Position numbers and translations under genes: made by a program | The notes under the pieces: model-generated | What the model saw: the letters and a program-made list of their open reading frames with translations, nothing else | What the model was told of the DNA's origin: nothing | Databases searched by the model: none | Assembly (NCBI GenBank): GCA_963702475.1 | Contig: CAVPCT010000004.1 | Coordinates: 160,001-224,000, forward strand | Source: an uncultured Thermoleophilia bacterium | Lineage (GTDB): Bacteria; Actinomycetota; Thermoleophilia; UBA2241 | DNA: 64,000 bases | Direction of reading: 5' to 3' | In this document: piece by piece, positions 60,643 through 64,000 of the stretch | How positions within the stretch are numbered: position 1 is the first letter of the stretch | Layout: the number at the start of each line of letters is the position of its first letter

Positions 60643-62094
60643 TCAAGATAGTACAGCCTCTGGGCCGGCGGGGGAGCCGGCGCTCTCGGCGACGATCCGG
60701 GCGAGCGCCTCGGCCGCTTCCGGCCACAGGGGCAGGACCCGGTGCTCCTCGACGAACTGCCGCGCGAGAGCCGTCGCCTTGTCGTAGGGCCCCTCGCGGC
60801 CGGAGGAGACCCAGGCGTCCCACATGCTGCGATCGAGCAGCCGGGGACGCCACACCTCCTTCATGTGCCGCCGCGTGTGACGCTGGCCGAGGTAGTTGCC
60901 GCCGATACCGACCTGGGCGATCACGTCGAGGGCGACGGACTCGTCGTCGACCGCGATGCCGGCGGCGATGGCCGCGTTCCAGGAGAAGACCTCGGCGTCC
61001 ATGACGAGCTGCTGCGCGCCGAAGGCCCCGCCGGCACCCAGCGTCCCGGCGCCGGCGACCACGTCGGCGCCGGCCGCGGCGACGGCGAGCGAGCCGAGCG
61101 CATCCTGCGTGCAGGCCTGCCAGTCGGGCTCGTGGCTGCCGGTGGCCATGCCGAAGGCCGCGACCGGCAGACCGACCAGGCGGGCCAACTGCACGCAGGC
61201 GACCTGGAAGAGCACGGCCTGCGGGCCGCAGGCAGGCAGGCCGGCCAGCGACGGCCGGGCGAGGTAGAAGAACGGCGCGCCGGGGGCCGCCGCCTGCACG
61301 GCGGCGCAGGCAGCGAGCACGCCGGCGTGGTGGCGCACGAGTGCCGCGGCGAGGTCCGGCGCCGTGCCGCCGGCGGCCGGCGCGACGCCGGGCGCGGGCG
61401 GCACGGCGGAGAGCGGTGGCGGCGCGGCGACCGCGCCCGGCTCTGCTCCCTCCGGCGGGCCGGCGCCGGCGTCCGCGGCGGACGGGGCCGACACGAAGCT
61501 TACGGGCAGCCCGGCGCGGGCAAAGACCTCGGCGGCGGGCCGGACCTCGGGGCCGCCGCTCAGACTCAGCGGAGGACGTCGGCGCAGCTCAGCCTCGGAG
61601 CCGGCGACGGCCTGGGCCATGCGCACGGCGCCCGCGGCCTCCGCTGCCGTGCGCAACGTCGTCAGCTGCACGTGCTTCGACGTGCCGGCGAGACACAGCG
61701 CGAGCTCACCGAGCGCCGTCTGGCCGGCAACGCGCACCGGCAGCCCGGCGACGATGGCGACCTCGGGCAGCGCATCGGCCAGCCTGACGAGACCGGCCAG
61801 ATCGGCGGCGGTGGCAGGCAGCGGGTCGCCGCCTGCCGGCGGCCGCACCCGCGGCGCAGGCCCGCCGGTGGCGAGCAGAGGGCTGCCACCTCCGAGACGC
61901 ACGTCGCGCTCTGGGGCGCGGCCGGCCAGGATGAACGTCTCCGGCGAGGCGGTCACTGCGGCTTGCGCCGCGCCCGCCGCCGCGCTCAGCGACTCGAGCG
62001 CGGCCGCGTGCACGCGCCGCACGTCAACCTCGCTCAGCACGCGCAGTTCCAGACGCGCCGAGGATGGCGCCGTCACAGCCGGCGTCTCACTCAT
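60643..62094 (-). CDS. Divergent MttB family protein with deletions and an Ala/Pro-rich insertion
   Basis: Retains GTSKHVQ, ELRRRP, GLPVAAFGMATGSHEPDWQA and VGIGGNYLGQRHTRRHM; lacks the SPL and P.P.AG.TAP core segments. Confidence 0.75.
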   Translation of the reverse strand: MSETPAVTAPSSARLELRVLSEVDVRRVHAAALESLSAAAGAAQAAVTASPETFILAGRAPERDVRLGGGSPLLATGGPAPRVRPPAGGDPLPATAADLAGLVRLADALPEVAIVAGLPVRVAGQTALGELALCLAGTSKHVQLTTLRTAAEAAGAVRMAQAVAGSEAELRRRPPLSLSGGPEVRPAAEVFARAGLPVSFVSAPSAADAGAGPPEGAEPGAVAAPPPLSAVPPAPGVAPAAGGTAPDLAAALVRHHAGVLAACAAVQAAAPGAPFFYLARPSLAGLPACGPQAVLFQVACVQLARLVGLPVAAFGMATGSHEPDWQACTQDALGSLAVAAAGADVVAGAGTLGAGGAFGAQQLVMDAEVFSWNAAIAAGIAVDDESVALDVIAQVGIGGNYLGQRHTRRHMKEVWRPRLLDRSMWDAWVSSGREGPYDKATALARQFVEEHRVLPLWPEAAEALARIVAESAGSPAGPEAVLS

Positions 62095-63560
62095 CCCACG
62101 CCCGCCAGCTCGGCGTCGGCGCGCGCCACGATGCTGCGGAGCTCGGCCGCCAGGTCCTCCGGCAGCGGCTCCGGCTCGTGCGTCGCCAGGACCTCGTCGG
62201 CGATCTCCGTCGCCTTCTCCAGGGCGCCGCGCCGGCCGTCACGGATCCACGACTCGTAGGGCTCACGGTCCCACACCCGCGGCCGCCACAACTCGCGCAT
62301 GTGGTCGCGCGTGTGCTTCTCGCCCAGGTACGTCCCTCCCTGGCCCACGGCCTTGATGACGTCCACAGCCAGCGTCTCGTCGTCCACCGCGATGCCGCCG
62401 GCCATCCTCTTCACGATGCGGTAGATCTCGGTCTCCATGACCATGTGCGGATAGCTGAGGATCTTCGAGCCATTGAGCAGGCCGGCGCCGTTCATCATGT
62501 CGGCGCCGCCCATGACGCTGGCGAAGGTGCTCAGCGAGTCGTCCACGGCGGCCTGCCAGTCCGGCTCCTTGGCCCCGGTCGCCATAGTCCCCATGGCGAT
62601 GGGCAGGCCGTAGAAGTGCGCCAGCTGTGAACACGCCGTTGCCAGCAGGTAGTCCTCCGGCGCGCCGCCGGTGTAGCCGCCGGTCGTGAGGTCGATCACG
62701 CTCGGCGCGGCCGAGACGAAGCACGGCACGCCGGGCGAGGCGAGCTGCAGCAGCACGATGCCGCTGAGCGCCTCGGCGTTGTGCACGACCAGCGTGCCGG
62801 CCATCGTCGCAGGGCCGGTGCCGGCCGCCAGCGGCATGGGCATGACGCCGCAGGGCAGCCCGGACTGCGCGGCGACGAGGTTGGCCTCCAGGTTGGGTCC
62901 GTCGTGCCCCAGCGGGTCGACGGCACACTGCATCGAGCTGACGATGGGCCGCGCCCGCAACTCGTCGGTGCCGCCGGCGATGGCCGCCGCCATCTCGACC
63001 ACGTAGCGCATGGGCTTCTCGCCCTGCGTCGTCACCGTCTGGAAGTGCTTACTCGTATTGGCGAAGACGGCCTCGGCGTCGTGCAACGCCTTGGTGGCCG
63101 GCGGCACGTCGGTGCTGGTGACGATGGGGCCCCAGTAGTAGCTCAGCTCGGGGATGGCGTCGACGAAGCGGGCGCTCGTCGCCGCGTCCGCCTTGGTGCT
63201 CGAGCGCTTCTCCCCGGTGACGTGGTCCCAGACGAACACGCCCGAGCCGTCGTTGCTCAGGTACGAGTGCCGGCCGTCGATCACGAGGTCACACTCCGGA
63301 TCGCGCGCCGCAAGCAGGTACTCGTGCGGCGCACGGCCGAGCGCCTCGGTGACGACCTCCTCGGGAAACCTGACCATCTGCGTTCCGCGGTCCACGAGGC
63401 AGCCGTTCTGTTCGAGCACGTCCAGCGACTTCTGACTGGGAAAGCGGCAGCCGACCTCGGCCAGAACGTCGAGCGTGGCCTCGTGGATGCGCACGAGATC
63501 CATGGGCGTGAGGACGTTCCAGGAGAGACGCGGCGCGATGGGGTCGATTCTGGCGCTCAT
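62091..63560 (-). CDS. MttB family methyltransferase, non-pyrrolysine
   Basis: LAARDP, YLSNDG, TSKHFQ, PMPLAAGTGPATMAGTLV, GAPE, YGLPIAMGTMATGAKEPDWQA and VGQGGTYLGEKHT. Confidence 0.92.
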   Translation of the reverse strand: MSARIDPIAPRLSWNVLTPMDLVRIHEATLDVLAEVGCRFPSQKSLDVLEQNGCLVDRGTQMVRFPEEVVTEALGRAPHEYLLAARDPECDLVIDGRHSYLSNDGSGVFVWDHVTGEKRSSTKADAATSARFVDAIPELSYYWGPIVTSTDVPPATKALHDAEAVFANTSKHFQTVTTQGEKPMRYVVEMAAAIAGGTDELRARPIVSSMQCAVDPLGHDGPNLEANLVAAQSGLPCGVMPMPLAAGTGPATMAGTLVVHNAEALSGIVLLQLASPGVPCFVSAAPSVIDLTTGGYTGGAPEDYLLATACSQLAHFYGLPIAMGTMATGAKEPDWQAAVDDSLSTFASVMGGADMMNGAGLLNGSKILSYPHMVMETEIYRIVKRMAGGIAVDDETLAVDVIKAVGQGGTYLGEKHTRDHMRELWRPRVWDREPYESWIRDGRRGALEKATEIADEVLATHEPEPLPEDLAAELRSIVARADAELAGVG

Positions 63561-63775
63561 GGTCGGCTACCTCGCTGTGGGGGTCCGGTGACGGGTCGGG
63601 AGACGGTCGGGGACTGTTGGCGAGCCGCCGCAAAGTGCGCACGGGGCCCGGCCGCCGAAGGGCAGCCGGGTCTAGAGACCGCAGGCGCGGTTGATGGTGC
63701 CGATGCTTGTGACGGACACGGCGAGCACGACGCCAGTGTATCGCACCGGCCTCGCGCGCGGACGAGCGTCGAGCC

Positions 63776-63997
63776 TCAGACGCTGCGGCTCCACCGCACG
63801 AAGCTGGTGGCGGAGGCGACCGCGAGGAGCACCGCGGTCGCAAGCGTCAGGTACGCGCTGGGGCCACCGCCTTCCTTCGCGAAGTTGATCACCGTGGCTG
63901 CCACCATGAGCACGAACGCCACGACGAACAGCACGAATGCGACCATTCTGCCGCCCCTCTTGGAGCCGCCCATGTCCGCTCCCCTCATCGGCTTCAT
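63776..63997 (-). CDS. Small membrane protein with two hydrophobic helices; start uncertain
   Basis: MVAFVLFVVAFVLMVAATVINF...YLTLATAVLLAVASATSFVRW. Confidence 0.5.
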   Translation of the reverse strand: MKPMRGADMGGSKRGGRMVAFVLFVVAFVLMVAATVINFAKEGGGPSAYLTLATAVLLAVASATSFVRWSRSV

Positions 63998-64000
63998 ACC

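Noticed and set aside
63561-63775. Possible riboswitch in the leader of the last mttB (also checked 52222-52516 and 43820-44100)
   Set aside because: GC hairpins are present, but I could not match the consensus of any known riboswitch by eye; an Rfam/Infernal scan would be needed.

Overview
Very high-GC bacterial DNA, most consistent with an anaerobic or facultative Actinomycetota such as Thermoleophilia. This is inferred from the UPF0182 protein, PimA/PimB-like glycosyltransferases and base composition. The window is dominated by methylamine and amino-acid catabolism. It holds seven trimethylamine-methyltransferase (MttB) family paralogs, an MtaA/UroD-family protein, an ASKHA/RACE corrinoid activator, and the lysine fermentation genes kamA, kat and kce around a tandem array of six EamA transporter genes. 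It also has a molybdo/tungstopterin enzyme module and a MIO-family ammonia-lyase. The standout signal is pyrrolysine coding. One mttB (19469-20863, minus) has an in-frame TAG at the canonical Pyl site. Directly upstream and translationally coupled is a ~102-codon MtbB-like mini-gene, which also keeps an in-frame TAG at the MtbB Pyl site. No pylTSBCD genes are visible here. Also present: tRNA-Asp, tRNA-Val with an adjacent integrase/ATPase islet, a minor type IV pilin trio, a GAF-GGDEF protein, and several frameshifted or truncated genes, some probably sequencing errors.
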